From NCBI RefSeq assembly GCF_902713615.1, contig NC_052155.1, positions 161,113,828 to 161,177,827 on the forward strand: a stretch of DNA of 64,000 nt, given 5' to 3'. Below are positions 1 through 12,380 of this stretch, one piece after another. Position numbers and translations under genes: made by a program. A model generated the notes under the pieces. It ran no database searches, had not been told where the DNA came from, and saw nothing but the letters and a program-made list of their open reading frames with translations. The stretch comes from Scyliorhinus canicula. Lineage: Eukaryota. Within the stretch, counting starts at the first letter, position 1; each line of letters opens with the position of its first letter.

Positions 1-59
1 TCGTCCCAGCTCAGGGCCGTCAGGCAATCTTAACTGATTTACATCACGGACACCCAGGG

Positions 60-1329
60 GTGTCTAAAATGAAGATGCTAGCTCGAAGCTACGTTTGGTG
101 GCCAGGTTTGGACAAAGACATAGCAGCCTTGGTACGTCGGTGCCAGGAGTGCCAACAGGGGCAAAGAGTGCCACCAGCGGCACCATTGCACCCGTGGGAA
201 TGGCCAGGCAGACCGTGGACCCGCCTGCATATTGACCACGCCGGCCCTTTCATGGGCTCAATGTTTTTGGTGATAGTGGACGCCCACTCCAAATGGTTGG
301 ACATCCACCGTGTAAACACGCCAAGCACAGCATCGACAATTGAAAAGCTCAGGGCCTCGTTTGCAACACATGGACCTCTGGAGGTATTGGTGTCGGACAA
401 CGAAACGGCATTCACAAATGGGGAATTTGGAAAATTCCTGAAGGAAAACGAAGTCCGTCACATCAAAACGGCCCCTTACCATCCAGCGACAAATGGCCTG
501 GCAGAGAGAGTGGTCCAGACACTTAAAAGCGGGACTCAAGAAGCAGCCGGCAGCGTCAATAGACACAAAGCTCTCCCGCTGGCTGTTTGATTACAGAACC
601 ACACCGCATTCCACAACGGGCATACTGCCAGCTGAACTCTTAATGGGAAGGCGGCTGCGAACGAGGCTGAGTCTCCTTTTCCCAAATTTAACGGGGAAAG
701 TGGAGAAACATCAGGAGGCCCAACGCAGGGGGCATGATAATAGTCGGCAGCAGAGACATTTCCAGGTGGGGGCACCGGTTTGGGACAAGAATTATGGGAA
801 TGGACCAACGTGGGTCAAAGGCACGGTAGAGTCCCAAACAGGGCCCATATCCTATGAGGTTTCAATAGGAGGTAAGGTGTTGAAGAAACACCTAGACCAA
901 ATAAGGGCAGCGGAACCACACCTGGAGGCAGGCGAAGCAGGACCGCCTCAAGCTGGGATAGCCCAAACGGAAAGGATACCCACACCCCAGCCCCGAGCAA
1001 TTTCTCCAGACCCCGTCATCCAGTCATCAGAGTCGGAGATGGACACACTCGACGAGGCTGCCGCGACACCTCTCCCCGAGGAGGAGGAAGAACAACTTCC
1101 AAGGAGGTCGTCAAGGAAAAGACGGGCACCTATAAGGTACACCCCGCCCACTTCGGAGAACGACCCGGCGAACGACACAGAGGTGACAGATCCAGACATG
1201 AGAAGCAGGAAGAAGCTCAGAGGAATGCCAGCTGGCAGGAATTCCTTGGACCTTGGGGGGGGGGAGGGGTGTAATGAACTCCAATTGGCTTTATTAGTTG
1301 GCCAATTGGAGTATGAGCTCCCTCAATGA
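60..1329 (+). pseudogene. Frameshifted Gypsy integrase coding region
   Basis: Two overlapping ORFs together give a continuous rve-type integrase plus a low-complexity C-terminal tail. Confidence 0.85.
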
Positions 1330-1470
1330 TAGCTCATTGAGGGGGCCCAAATAATGACCTGTGTAGGCTTTGTGAGCCAGTCTTAAGGTGACTGGACTGC
1401 TAGCAGCACTGTAATATCGTTATTGTAAATAAATATTGGTGTGGTGATGGAACTCCTGCGGATTACTACA
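1270..1470 (+). repeat. Gypsy 3' LTR (~201 bp)
   Basis: TG...CA termini directly after the G-rich PPT; AATAAA near 1428. Confidence 0.8.
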
Positions 1471-1603
1471 ATAACAATCTGTTACTGTAAATCCCAGAGT
1501 CACAAGTAAGGTTAAGACAGTTATGGAGAAAGTAAGAAATTAAGTTTATAGCCCTAGTATAGTTCAGATGCTGTGCGAAACGGTATCAAAAAGAAAGAAA
1601 TAA

Positions 1604-1815
1604 GGGCAGCACGGTGGCGTAGTGGGTTAGCACTGTGGCCTTACAGTGCTGAGGTCCCAGGTTCCATCCTGGCTCTGGGTCACTGTCTGTGGAGTTTGCA
1701 CATTCTCCCCATATTTTGTGGGTTTCGCCCTCACAACCCAAAGATGTGTGGGGTTGGTGGATTGGTCATACTAAATTAGCCCCTTAATTGGAAAACATGA
1801 ATTGGGTACTCTAAA
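1604..1815 (+). mobile_element. tRNA-derived SINE (HE1/V-SINE-like)
   Basis: A-box (GGTGGCGTAGTGG) and B-box-like head, followed by the core shared with many other copies in the window. Confidence 0.8.
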
Positions 1816-1989
1816 TCCGATTTAACTCCCCCCGCCCCCCCCCAAAAAAAATATAGCAAATAAACCCAATTGCTGGAAGGCGTTGCAAATTTTGGATGGC
1901 CACGCACAGTTACTTTCTAATAAATGTCCGAAGGTGGGTGGTGTGTGTTTGGGCTCCACGCAGGTAAACTAACTGAGAAACTCCACCAC

Positions 1990-2366
1990 ACAGAAGCGGT
2001 TCATTGATAAATCTCCGCCGAGCACGCCCCCCGCCAGCGCCGCGTTCCATTTTCGAACTGTCAGCGTTGTGGCGTCAGCTTGAGTGACACACTGAGCCAC
2101 CAATGAACGCCCGAGAGCGCTGGGGACGCGCGAGTTGCTAATGAGAAGGAGTCGGAACGAGGGCGCTGGGGCCGGCTTGAGATATCGCTGGCTTTTGCCT
2201 GAGCTTGGCACCGGCCGCACAAAGTTCTTCCAACATGGCTGAGAACAAGGAAGAGGAGGTAAAGAAGTATTACCGGCTGGAAGAGCTGAATCAGCACAGC
2301 AGCGGGAACAGCGCCTGGATCAACATTCACAACAAAATCTACGACGTGACCACCTTTCTGGAAGAG
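1990..2366 (+). promoter_or_regulatory. CpG-rich promoter/first-exon region of CYB5A
   Basis: Local CpG/GC enrichment, GC-box-like CCCCGCC at ~2029-2035 and CCAAT at 2100-2104, directly upstream of the ATG at 2235; no clear TATA. Confidence 0.6.
2235..2366 (+). CDS. CYB5A: Cytochrome b5 exon 1 (MAENKEEEVKKYYRLEELNQH...IYDVTTFLEE)
   Basis: ATG in good Kozak context (AACATGG); typical b5 N-terminus W.x.IH.K.YDVT.FLEE; donor GAG|gtagtt, phase 0. Confidence 0.95.
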
Positions 2367-3859
2367 GTAGTTTGTGCCCAGTGCCCCTGATTCCACTTAA
2401 ATAAATGTTACGCAACTTTGTCATTAACTCCTCTCTTAATTCAGTATCCGACGCAATGCCCCCCCCCCCCCCCAAGTTGACCGCAGTGTATAATGTTCAA
2501 CAAGTGTAAACTTTCTCAATCGACAGCTTTGCTTCTAACATGCATTTATTTGTAAAATTGCAGTTTAAATACTTTTCTGTTAGTGTGCCTGCAACCAGAA
2601 AGTACTTGGCCGCTGTGTCCTTTGACTTTTGATTGCTCACCAGAGTTGGCGCTTGCAGGAACATGCACGGTAGAGTTTGTGAACCCTGGACCTTTTACTG
2701 GTCTCGAATGTAACTTGTGTTTCAGCACTGCCGAGTTCAATAGGCTCCTTTGGTGCTCCTTCAGTATAGATTCCTTGCCACATAATTTTGCAACGTTAAA
2801 GTATCTCTAGTTATACATAAGATTTGCTGTTTTAGATTTGATGGCCTCGGGTAGAAAATCAGGTGAACCTGTTTGTCTCTTATAGAATCCCTCTAGTGTC
2901 GAAGGAGGCCATTCGAGTCTGCACTGACTCTTTGAAAGAGCACCCTACAGCCCCAGCCCTATCCATGTAACCCCCACCTAACCTTTTGGACACTAAGGGG
3001 CAATTTAGCACGGCCAGTCCACCTAACCTGCACATCTTTGGACTTCCATTAAACTCTTCCATTTGAGTAGTTGAGAGATTTCACTCAGCTTGGGAGTACT
3101 TTCTAGCAGAGGTTCTCTAGGATCTTGAAAACAACCTAATGCTTACCTATATCTTTGCTGATAACTTTCTGTATCCCTGACAGGAAACCCCTCCCTGCCA
3201 TCCCATGGCCCAGTTTTCCATTCCTACTCTTTGAGATCTTTCTCTTCTTCTACCCCCCCCCCCCCCCCCCCCCATATCCCCACGACAGGCTTTTTCACAT
3301 TGCTTCAGACATACCCATTGGAGCCAGCAAGCTGCACCAGTATGTAACATTTTAGATGTTTTTGTAATGGACAGTAAGACATCACATTTGTGATGTGCAG
3401 CATTTTTAAAAATCGGGCCCGTTCTAGCAGAACATTGTTTTTTTAGGATTGTCAAAGTAACCAGTCTTTTGCCGAGCCGACCAAGAATGAACTCATTCTA
3501 TGATACCTGCTGAAAGCACCAGTTTGGGTCATTGCATTCCAAGTGATTGCATACAGCATGTTGCATAATACGAAGAAGACTTTACACCATGCTAACTTCC
3601 AAACTGTTTGTAAATGACCGCTGCAACTGTCTTTTGATTTGTTGACCTGCACGATGGCAGTTGTTTGCAGAAGCCTTCCACAAATTGCTATGTGTTTTGT
3701 AATTGGAGGGTGTTCTGAACTTAAAATGTATTACCAAAATGTCCATTTGCATGCATTTGAGTCGGATATTAAATTCTGAGCCTTTTCCGCAGAAAGCAAT
3801 GCTTCTAAACAAATGAACAGTAAAGAACTGCCGTCCCATTTACATTGAGATAAAAGGAA

Positions 3860-4074
3860 AATACTGCAGATGCTGGAAACTTGAAATAAAAGCAGAAAAT
3901 GCTGGGTAAACTCAGCAGGTCTAGCAACATCTGCAGAGAGAGAAACAAAGTTAACCTTTTGGATCTAAACTATCCTTCTATGGAAGGTCCTGCCTCAAGC
4001 ATTTGTAACCGAACTGCTAACTCTGTTTCTCTCCACCGGTGCTGCCAGACCTGCTGAGTTTATCCAGCATTTTC
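3860..4074. repeat. Penelope-like terminal repeat arranged as an inverted pair (hairpin)
   Basis: Arms at ~3895-3954 and ~4018-4074 are imperfect reverse complements (AAAATGCTGG.TAAACTCAGCAGGTCT / AGACCTGCTGAGTTTATCCAGCATTTT). The same repeat recurs at ~14538, ~40860 and ~52025. Confidence 0.6.
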
Positions 4075-4395
4075 AGTCATTTACACACAGATATTTATTC
4101 ATGTAACTCTGCCCGAAGCTATCGCTGTTTGTGAGAGGAGAGTAAGAAAAATAATGCACTTCATTGTTTCTGGGAAGCTTCCCACAAGCTTTTCTCCTAG
4201 AATTTCTCTCTTTATCCATTTCCATATTCAAGTGACTAGGGCCCTTTTGTGACAGCATAACCTTTAAAGTGATGCTTATGCTTGATTCAATCGGAATGGG
4301 ATGAGTTAGATTACATAGTGACATTTATCAGCCAGCTGTTGGAAGGCCGTAAACTGACCTCTGTTTAAAAAAGAAATGGTGCTATTTTCCACCTT

Positions 4396-4717
4396 GAACA
4401 TAGAACATAGAACAGCACAGAACAGGCCCTTCGGCCCTCGATGTTGTGCCGAGCCATGATCACCCTACTTAAACCCTCGTAACCTGTATCCCAACAATCC
4501 CCCCATTAACCTTACACTACGGGCAATTTAGAATGGCCAATCCACCTAACCCGCACATCTTTGGACTGTGGGAGGAAACCGGAGCACCCGGAGGAAACCC
4601 ACGCACACACAGGAAGGACGTGCAGACTCCACACAGACAGTGACCCAGCCGGGAATCGAACCTGGGACCCTGGAGCTGTGAAGCATTGATGCTAACCACC
4701 ATGCTACCGTGAGGCCC
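4396..4717 (-). mobile_element. Full-length young tRNA-derived SINE with CR1-type tail
   Basis: Near-identical to the copies at 15145, 15622 and 53986; tail of TTCTATG repeats. Confidence 0.85.
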
Positions 4718-4922
4718 CGTGCTTCAAGCCCTGACACTTGGTGCTCTTTTTGATCAATAGGGAGAAGCCATCATGTCCAGGAATATTTTCAATGCGACCC
4801 CTGCTCAAGGTCATTGCACTATTGGTATTTCTGGTGAATTCATAATCACATCTGGCTTTTACAGCACATGAATAGGTTGGCAAGGAGACCATGGTCCCGG
4901 TTTCTGTTAAGGCGTTTGAAGT

Positions 4923-5380
4923 CGGGTGGCATATTGGTTAGCACTGCTGCATCACAGTGCCAGGGACCTGGGTTCAATTCTGGCCTTGAGTGACTATCTG
5001 TTTGCACTTTCTCTCTGTATCTGTGTGGGTTTCCTCCAGTGCCCCAATTTCCTCCCACAGTACAAAGATGAAATGAAAAATGAAATGAAAATGAAAATCG
5101 CTTATTGTCACAAGTAGGCTTCAAATGAGGTTACTGTGAAAAGCCCCTAGTCGCCACATTCCGGCGCTTGTTCGGGAAGGCTGGTATGGGAATTGAACCG
5201 TGCTGCTGGCCTGCCTTGGTCTGCTTTCAAAGCCAGTGATTTAGCCGTGTGCTAAACCAGCCAGGTTAGGTGGATTGCCCATGCTAATTGTCCCTTGGTG
5301 TCCAAACAGAAGTGGGGATAGGGCGTGGACCTGGGGAGGATGCTGTTTCAGAGGGTCGGTGCAGACCTGCTTCTATGATT
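4923..5380 (+). mobile_element. tRNA-derived SINE interrupted by an antisense short SINE-like insert (~5068-5262)
   Basis: SINE head at 4923; the body resumes at ~5263 (GGTTAGGTGGATTG). Confidence 0.6.
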
Positions 5381-6204
5381 CTAAGTCAGTTTGTACAGGT
5401 AGGAAGACTGTGCTGTCTCTTGTCTTGTCTACTGGAATCTTTTATGCACCGACCAGCTGCAGAATGGGCAGAATTCATCTGACATTGGTCGCAGAAATGA
5501 TTTTGAGCATGTTCCTCAATTAATGAATTTGACCTTCACAGAATGATTTAGGCAGATTGTTATTTCATTCAGATTGGCCTATATGTTTTGGGAATGTTAT
5601 TTAATCCTCCCATCGAACTTCTGTTTGTTTTCCAGCAATCAAAGATTCCTTTGCAACTTAGTGACTTGCGCAAGTTTTATTGCTGGCAGTAAAAATAATT
5701 CACACCCTTCCCCAAATTGGGCAAAATATCAATGCCGACAGATGATGCCTTTACTCCAGACTAATATATGTGATCTTTGTCATCTTCCTACTGCATTCCC
5801 TTGAAAAGGAGGCTCAGAAATAGTACTTGTGATGTGAGCTCAGGGAGAGCCCTCCCTTGAGCTCAGCAAGGAGCAGTTATTCTGTTTTTTTCTTGATTGG
5901 GATATAACTGATAAACTGCTTCAGCTCACTGCATTGTGCAGAGCTTTTTCTCTTTGGTACATGTGATTTTTAAAATACTTCAAATGTTTTAATGTCACTT
6001 TTGTGGGACGTGGAGCTTATTGGGAAGACCCGCTGTTTGTTACACTTAAGAAGGTAGCCGAGAGTCATCTTGAATCAATGCAGTCTATGTGATTTTATAC
6101 AACTGTGGGGTCTGCTGGCTTATTTCACACTGGTAATGAATCTGAAATTTCTTTGGACCGTCTGTTCAATAGTTTAAAGTTGACTCCATATTATAATCTT
6201 TATT

Positions 6205-6690
6205 TTTTTTAATAAATTTAGATTACCCAATTATTTTTTCTAATTAAGGGGCAATTTAGTGTGGCCAATCTACCTATTCTGCACATCTTTGGGTTGTGGG
6301 GGCGAAACCCACGCAGACACGGGGAGAATGTGCAAACTCCACACGGACAGTGACCCAGAGCCGGGATCGAACCTGGGACCTCAGCGCCGTGAGGCAGCTG
6401 TGCTAACCACTAGGCCACCGTGCTGCCCTATAATAATCTTTATTATTGTCACAAGTAGGTTTACATTAATACTGCAATGAAATTACTGTGAAAATCCCCG
6501 AGGTCGTCACAGTCTGGCGCCTGTTCGGGTACACAGAGGGAGAATTCAGAATGCCCAATTCACCTAACAGCACATCTTTCAGGACTTGTTGGAGAAAACC
6601 GGAGCAACCGGAGGTAACCCACGCAGACGGAGAACGTGCAAAGTCCGCACTGACAATGACCCATGTGGGAATCAAACCCGGGACCCTGGG
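6205..6690 (-). mobile_element. Two tandem antisense tRNA-derived SINEs
   Basis: Reverse-complement SINE cores at ~6205-6428 and ~6430-6690. Confidence 0.7.
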
Positions 6691-7015
6691 TAACAGTTTA
6701 TGATGTTATTTTAGCAAAGGTGTGAGCAGCAGATTAAAATAAAGTATAACTGAGAATTGTAGCCTGTTATTTTCCTTTGAATGGAAGGTGTGACCCAATT
6801 CCCATTCCTTCTCCTCATGTCTCCACCTGCCTGGTGTCCTTCTTGGCACTTCCGCATTTCATCACCCACTATGCTAAATCCCAGAAAGCAGAACAGCGGG
6901 GGAAATAAAAACATTCAGTCATAGACACAGCAATTTGTTTTGTTCAGGCACTGGCCTTCAGTTTCCATTTATCTGTTTTTCGTCCTTTTTTGTTTGTTTT
7001 CATGGTTTGATAGAA

Positions 7016-7366
7016 GGGCAGCACGGTAGCCTTGTGGATAGCACAATTGCTTCACAGCTCAAGGGTCCCAGGTTCGATTCCGGCTTGGGTCACTGTCTGT
7101 GCGGAGTCTGCACATCCTCCCCGTGTGTGCGTGTGTTTCCTCCTGGTGCTCCGGTTTCCTCCCACAGTCCAAAGATGTGCAGGTTAGGTGGATTGGCCAT
7201 GATAAATTGCACTGTGTCCAAAATTGCCCTTCGTGTTGAGTGGGGTTACTGGGTTATGGGGATAAGGTGGAGGTGTTGACCTTGGGTAGGGTGCTCTTTC
7301 CAAGAGCCGGTGCGGACTCGATGGGCCAAATGGCCTCCTGCACTGTAAACTCTATGATATCTATGA
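7016..7366 (+). mobile_element. tRNA-derived SINE
   Basis: GGGCAGCACGGTAG head, GGTTCGATTCC B-box, conserved core. Confidence 0.8.
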
Positions 7367-7525
7367 TACTGCAAACCACCAATATGCAGATGAGTTCAAA
7401 CTGTAATTCAAATTTATGCTCAACATACTTTTGATAAATCTAAAGTCATTTTTTTTCTTTCACATGATTTGAGCATTGCGGGAAAGGCCAGCATTTGTTG
7501 CACCTACCTAATAGCCTTTCAATAT

Positions 7526-8165
7526 AGCGTAGGCAGCCCTTTGGGATCAAGGAAGACTTGTTCCGGTTCAATGGGCTCTGAAATGGCTGACGAGTACAAT
7601 GCATGATCTGCAGATTTGTGCCACATGTTGGGCAGGTTGTGCTTGAAAGGTTGGATGGACAGGTTGTTAGGTAAGTGGGGAGGTTTGTGCTCTCCCTTCC
7701 ATTCCTCGACTTTGCCTTTGCACGTTCCCAACAAAGTCTCTCAATGTGATTGATGCCTTCCTGATTGAGAATTTTCCATTTTCCCCACAAAGCAGAGTGT
7801 TCCATGACTCAGCTGCTCTGTCTAACTTCAGGGATGCTTTGAGGGACATCCTGAACGTGTTCCTACTGTTCTTCTGGGAGTCTTCAGCCATGACGAGTCC
7901 CGATTAGAGTAGTTGCTTCGGGAATCCAGTGTCAGGCCTATGAATGACTTCCTTTCCAGTGAAATCGAATTTGAGTGATTAGTGCCCCAATGTTGAGCAA
8001 GTTGGCTTGGGAGAGGATGCTACTATTAGACCACCTTTCTTGCCACTGGATTTGAAGAATCGTGCAAAGATATTGCTCGTGGTACTTCTGTCCTTTGCAA
8101 TGCCTGCTGAATGTTGTCCAAGTTTCCAAAGTATATAAAAGCATGGGGATATAAAATATAATCCA
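7526..8165 (-). mobile_element. Degenerate RTE-clade LINE 3' fragment
   Basis: Minus-strand translation LLYTLETWT...LCTILQIQWQER.SNSSILSQAN...ALITQIRFHW matches the RTE RT C-terminal pattern. Confidence 0.7.
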
Positions 8166-8884
8166 GCAACTTTCGTAGTAAACGGTAATCTAGCAAAGTT
8201 CAATGCTGAAAAGTAATAAAAGGGAATTTTATTTGATTACATTTCAACAATGTCCAAAAGAGTGTGCATTCTACAAATGTGGAGAGAGGTTGTAGGCAAT
8301 TCTTAATCCCAACTCATTCTTGTTTTTCTCCTTTTTTGTCCCCTCCACAATTAGCAATTTGTTTATAGCACATTGACGGAGTGGGTGTGGAAAGGATATT
8401 TCCTCTTGCAGGAGAATCTGGAACTAGGGGTTGCTCACCGTCCATTTAAGACAGAGATGAGAATTTCTTTTACCTGAGGATCGTGAGTCTTTGGAACTCT
8501 CTCTTCCTCAAAAAGTGCTGCAATCAGAGTTTTTGAGTATTTGTGAGGCAGAGGAGATAGATTCTTGATAAGCAACAGGACGAAAGGTGATCGGAGGTAG
8601 GCAGGAATGTGGCGTTGAGGTTACACTGATCAGCCACGATCTTGTGTAATACTGTAGCAGGGCAGGCTTGAGGGGCTGGGTGGCCTACTCCTCGTTCATA
8701 TGGTCGCATGCCGGAATTCAGCAGGTAGTTGAAAGCAGTGTTATTTTTGCCCAACAGTAGGTTTGGAAAAATGGTTAATTTAACTCTTTCAATGCCTTGC
8801 CCCTCAAAATAGGAGCTGGAGAAGGCCATTTGGCCCTTCGAGCCTGCTCCGACATTCATTATGATCATGGCTGATCATTTTTTT

Positions 8885-9480
8885 TTCCATTTACGGGATG
8901 TGGGCATCTCTTGTTAGGCCAGTATTATTGCCCATCCCTGGTTGCCCTTCAAAAGGTGGTAGTGAGTTGCCTTCTGGAACCGCTACAGTCCTTGAGGTGC
9001 AGGTACATCCACTGTGCTATTAGGGAGAGAGTTCCGGGATGTTTCCCCAGCAGCAGTGAAGGAATGGCGATATATTTCCAAGTCAGGGTGGTGAGTGACT
9101 TGGAGGGGAACCTCCAGGTGGTGGGGTTCCCAGGTATCTGCTGCTCTTGTCCTTCTAGATGGTAGTGGTCGTGGGTTTGAGAGGTGTCTAAGAAATCTTG
9201 GTGAGTTACAACATCTTGTAGATGGTACTCAGGGCTGCCATACTTTGTCGGTGGTGGAGGGATTGACTATTTGTGGAAGGGAGAGCAATCAAGCGGACTG
9301 CTTTGTCCTGGATGGTGTTGGGCTTTGTGAATGTTCTTGGAGCTGCATTCATCAGGCAAGTGGAGAGTATTCCATTACATTCCTGACTTGTGCCTTTTAG
9401 ATGGTGGACAGGTTTGGGGGGGGGGGGGGGGGTCAGGAGATGAGTTACTCGCTGTAGAATTCCTAGCCTTTGACCAGCTC
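8885..9480 (-). mobile_element. LINE 3' fragment (abundant repeat, clade uncertain)
   Basis: GGGATGTGGGCATC...TGCCCATCC terminus recurs at ~51715; degenerate RT C-terminus on the minus strand. Confidence 0.5.
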
Positions 9481-9734
9481 AATAGACTAATCCTGTTTCT
9501 CCCCCCCCCCCCCCCCCCATATCCTATAAAAACTCATATCCTCTTTAAAAACCCATATAATTACATTATTGCACATTGTTGGAGCTACATGTGAACAAGG
9601 TGAAGTAAGGGCAGCAGTCAAGTGAACCAATTTGCTTTTTAATGATAAACAAGTAGATTCACGTCCCTGACATGAGCTGTTCAAGATTCCAGATTATTTA
9701 ATTGAATTCAAATTTACAAATTGCCACGCTGTGG

Positions 9735-11385
9735 AAAATGGAGGCGTTGTAATCTTCCAAAATTCTCTGCATTCTGAAAAGATCCCAGTGGATTGGAAAA
9801 CTGTAAATGTAACGGCCTATTCCAGAAAGGACGTAGGTAGAACCAGATTGGCTAGCACCTGTCGTTGGGGAAAATGCTGGTATCTATTATTAAGAGAGTA
9901 GTAGCAGGACATTTAAAAATCACAGTACAATCTAGCAGGGTCAACATGGTTTTATGAAAAGGAATTAATGTTAGACAAATTTATTGGTGTTCTTTGAAGA
10001 TGCAACAAGCAGGTTGAGTAAAGGCGAGCTAGAGGATATGGTATATTTGGATTTCCAAAAGGTATTTGAGAAGGTGCCATATAAATGGTTACTATACACT
10101 GTGATACAGTAGTCCCCCGTTATACCGCGCTCCGCAATACCGCGGTTCGCGATATACGGCGGGGGGGCTTATGGACCCCAACTGTCAGCTTCCCTCTCCG
10201 GATCAAAGTGCCGGCCGCTGAAGTTGACACTGCCGGCTGATTGTGGCGGTCAGAACATATTTTTGAAAGGCAATCCTTTCCTCCAGTTTGGTGAAACCCA
10301 CCAGAGTTCCTGGTAAGTTTCTGTGGGTTTCCCTCTGGAATAACTCCCAGCCTCATTCTGTGGCAATCAGAGAGCTTGTTTTAATTAGATCCACGATGGG
10401 GGTTTTAAATTTATTTAAAAATCTACGCATGTGCTTCCCATTGTGAAAGCAAGGCATGAAAAATAAGATTCAGACAGGCCCTCGGCAAAAATGAAAGTAA
10501 TAAAATGGAAGAGAGATGGCCTGAAGTTGCTGAACTCTACTTCTGATGTTTTGCAGTCAAATTTGCAGATGATACAATGATAGGAGCAAGTGGTGAGGAT
10601 ACAGAGTCTACAAAGAGATGTAGATCGGTTAAGTGCGTGGACAAAATGTGAGGTTGTCTACTTTGGATGGTGAGACTGCAGAAAGCTGCGGCGCAGAGGG
10701 ATCTGGGTGTCCTTGTCCATGATTCAGAAAAAGGTAGCATGCGTGTACAGCAAATAATTAGGAAGGCAAATGGGATGTCGGCCTTTAATGCAAGAGGGAT
10801 GAATTTAAACAAAAGGAAGTCTTGTTATAACTGTATGGGACATTGGTGAGACATTACTTAGATGGGCAGGGTGTAGTCCTGGTTGCCTTGATATAGGAGC
10901 AGATTGCATTGCAAGCAGCTCAGAGAAGGTTCACCACATTGATTCTCGGGCTGAAGGAGTTTTTCTTATGATGAAATGTTGAGGAGGTTGGTCCTATACT
11001 CTTTTGAAGTCTAGAAGAATGAGAGGTTATCTTATTGTTGCATTAAAGATTCTGAGGGTCTTGACATGGCCGATGCTGATAGGCTGTCTTCCCCCTGTGG
11101 GGGAACCTGTAACTTGACAAACAGTCTCCAATTTAAAATGGCGACGAGGAGGAATTTGTTCCCTGGGGATCATTTGTCTTCGGAATTCTCGCACCCAGAG
11201 AACAGTGCAGATTGGGTCATTGCACATATTCAAGGCTGAGTTTGACAGATTTTGGATAGATCAAGTTAATTTGAGGAATATGAGGGCAGACAGGAAAATG
11301 GCGCAAGGCCACACTATCGGATCAACCATGACTTTATTGAATGGCGGAGCAGGCTCGAGGGGCTGAATGGCCTAATCCTTGTCCT
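9735..11385 (+). mobile_element. Degenerate CR1 LINE (RT region), interrupted by a DNA transposon fragment
   Basis: Remnants of the LDFQK.F.KVP, KFADDT and QRDLGVLVH motifs; CR1 3' end AATGGCGGAGCAGGCTCGAGGGGCTGAATGGCCTA. Confidence 0.8.
10107..10545 (+). mobile_element. pogo/Tigger-like (Tc1/mariner) element fragment
   Basis: TA followed by CAGTAGTCCCCCGTTATACCGCG, resembling Tigger7/MER44-type termini; second TIR not found. Confidence 0.55.
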
Positions 11386-11798
11386 GCTTTGTCGGAATAC
11401 CAGTTCTGCAACGTAACCACTGTGCTACTGTACCTCCACTGTTATCCAGGATATAGTGGAACAAAGAGGATGGCAGTTATCCCATTGGAAGTTTCCACCT
11501 GCTGTTGTTAAATTTGTGATGGTAGTGGGAATTTTGAATTAAACTTCTCGGGTCTGGCAAGCCTTCACTTTCTTCCAAGACCACTGAAGTTACTAACTTG
11601 TTAATGCAACCCTTTGGCAAAAGGCCTGTTTGATTTTGTGCAACACATGTTAAACCTGACAGCTGACTTGCATTTGCAAATATGACTTCCCTGCATATAC
11701 TGTTTGTGCAGCTTACTTAATCTACAGCAATCAGTTTACAGTCAATGTTTAGAGGTTTGTTAAACTGTCATGTGATGATCAACTGCCCTCGACCCGCT

Positions 11799-11882
11799 GG
11801 AGGGATTCTCCGTTACGCCGGCGTGGCACAGTCCCACGTCGCTGGCAAACCTCGGGCGCCGGCTAAACGGAGAATACCGCCC
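11799..11882. mobile_element. Very short Harbinger-like MITE
   Basis: Inverted ends GGGATTCTCCGTT / AACGGAGAATACC of the same TIR type as the larger MITEs. Confidence 0.5.
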
Positions 11883-12229
11883 AAGAGCTCCAAACTACTG
11901 TAATAACCCCACACAACGCTTGGAACCATGATTTATTAATAAAAGCCTCAATTGAAAAACCACAGGGAAACCCCACAGTTCTGCCCAAACCTCAACTGTT
12001 TCAACTGCAACCCCCTCAGGATTAAGTTGCTGCACTGAGCGTTAAACCTTAGCCCCAAAATCCCTCTGATCTGACAGATACATACAACTCCCCACATGTT
12101 TGGTCCTTCCCGGTGTGAGTTGTAGGCCCATGAATCAGGTTGTCCCTTCTCCATTCTCCGTCATAACTACAGTGCCAGACCCAATGGTCTTGGCCCTTAA
12201 AATATCCAAGCATATTTCCTGGAGACAGT

Positions 12230-12380
12230 GGGCGGGATTCTTCAGTCCTCCAACCGCATGTTTCTTGGGACCGCACTGATCGTTGGTGGTGGGATTCTAT
12301 CTTCCTGCCGCTTGTAGCCACCCCGCGCTGCTGGGAAATCGGTGGACGGGGGTATGCTGCCAGCAGGAGAATTCTGGTCA
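12230..12380. mobile_element. Short Harbinger-like MITE
   Basis: GGGCGGGATTCT...GGAGAATTCTGG ends; body resembles 59551-59739 in reverse. Confidence 0.55.

Larger units (their letters stand above)
1..1470 (+). mobile_element. Ty3/Gypsy LTR retrotransposon, 3' part (integrase, PPT, 3' LTR)
   Basis: ORFs 60-590 and 493-1329 (one frameshift) encode integrase: zinc-binding region (ARSYVWWPGLD...CQEC) and DDE core (RLHIDHAGP, VLVSDN, YHPATNGLAER, YRTTPHSTTG). Polypurine tract at ~1255-1269 is followed by an LTR, TGTAAT(1270)...ACTACA(1470). Confidence 0.92.

Noticed and set aside
2205-2234. N-terminal extension of CYB5A from the TTG start in the ORF track
   Set aside because: The ATG at 2235 has a good Kozak context and gives the normal b5 length; the TTG start is an ORF-caller convention
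2141-2242. Upstream ATG ORF overlapping the CYB5A start out of frame
   Set aside because: The CCAAT at 2100 suggests transcription starts downstream of or near this ATG; without TSS data a regulatory uORF is unsupported
4517-4702. Recurrent near-identical small ORFs (MVVSINASQLQGPRFDSRLGHCLCGVC...) at 4517, 15218, 21356, 54000
   Set aside because: These are translations of SINE copies, not a peptide gene family
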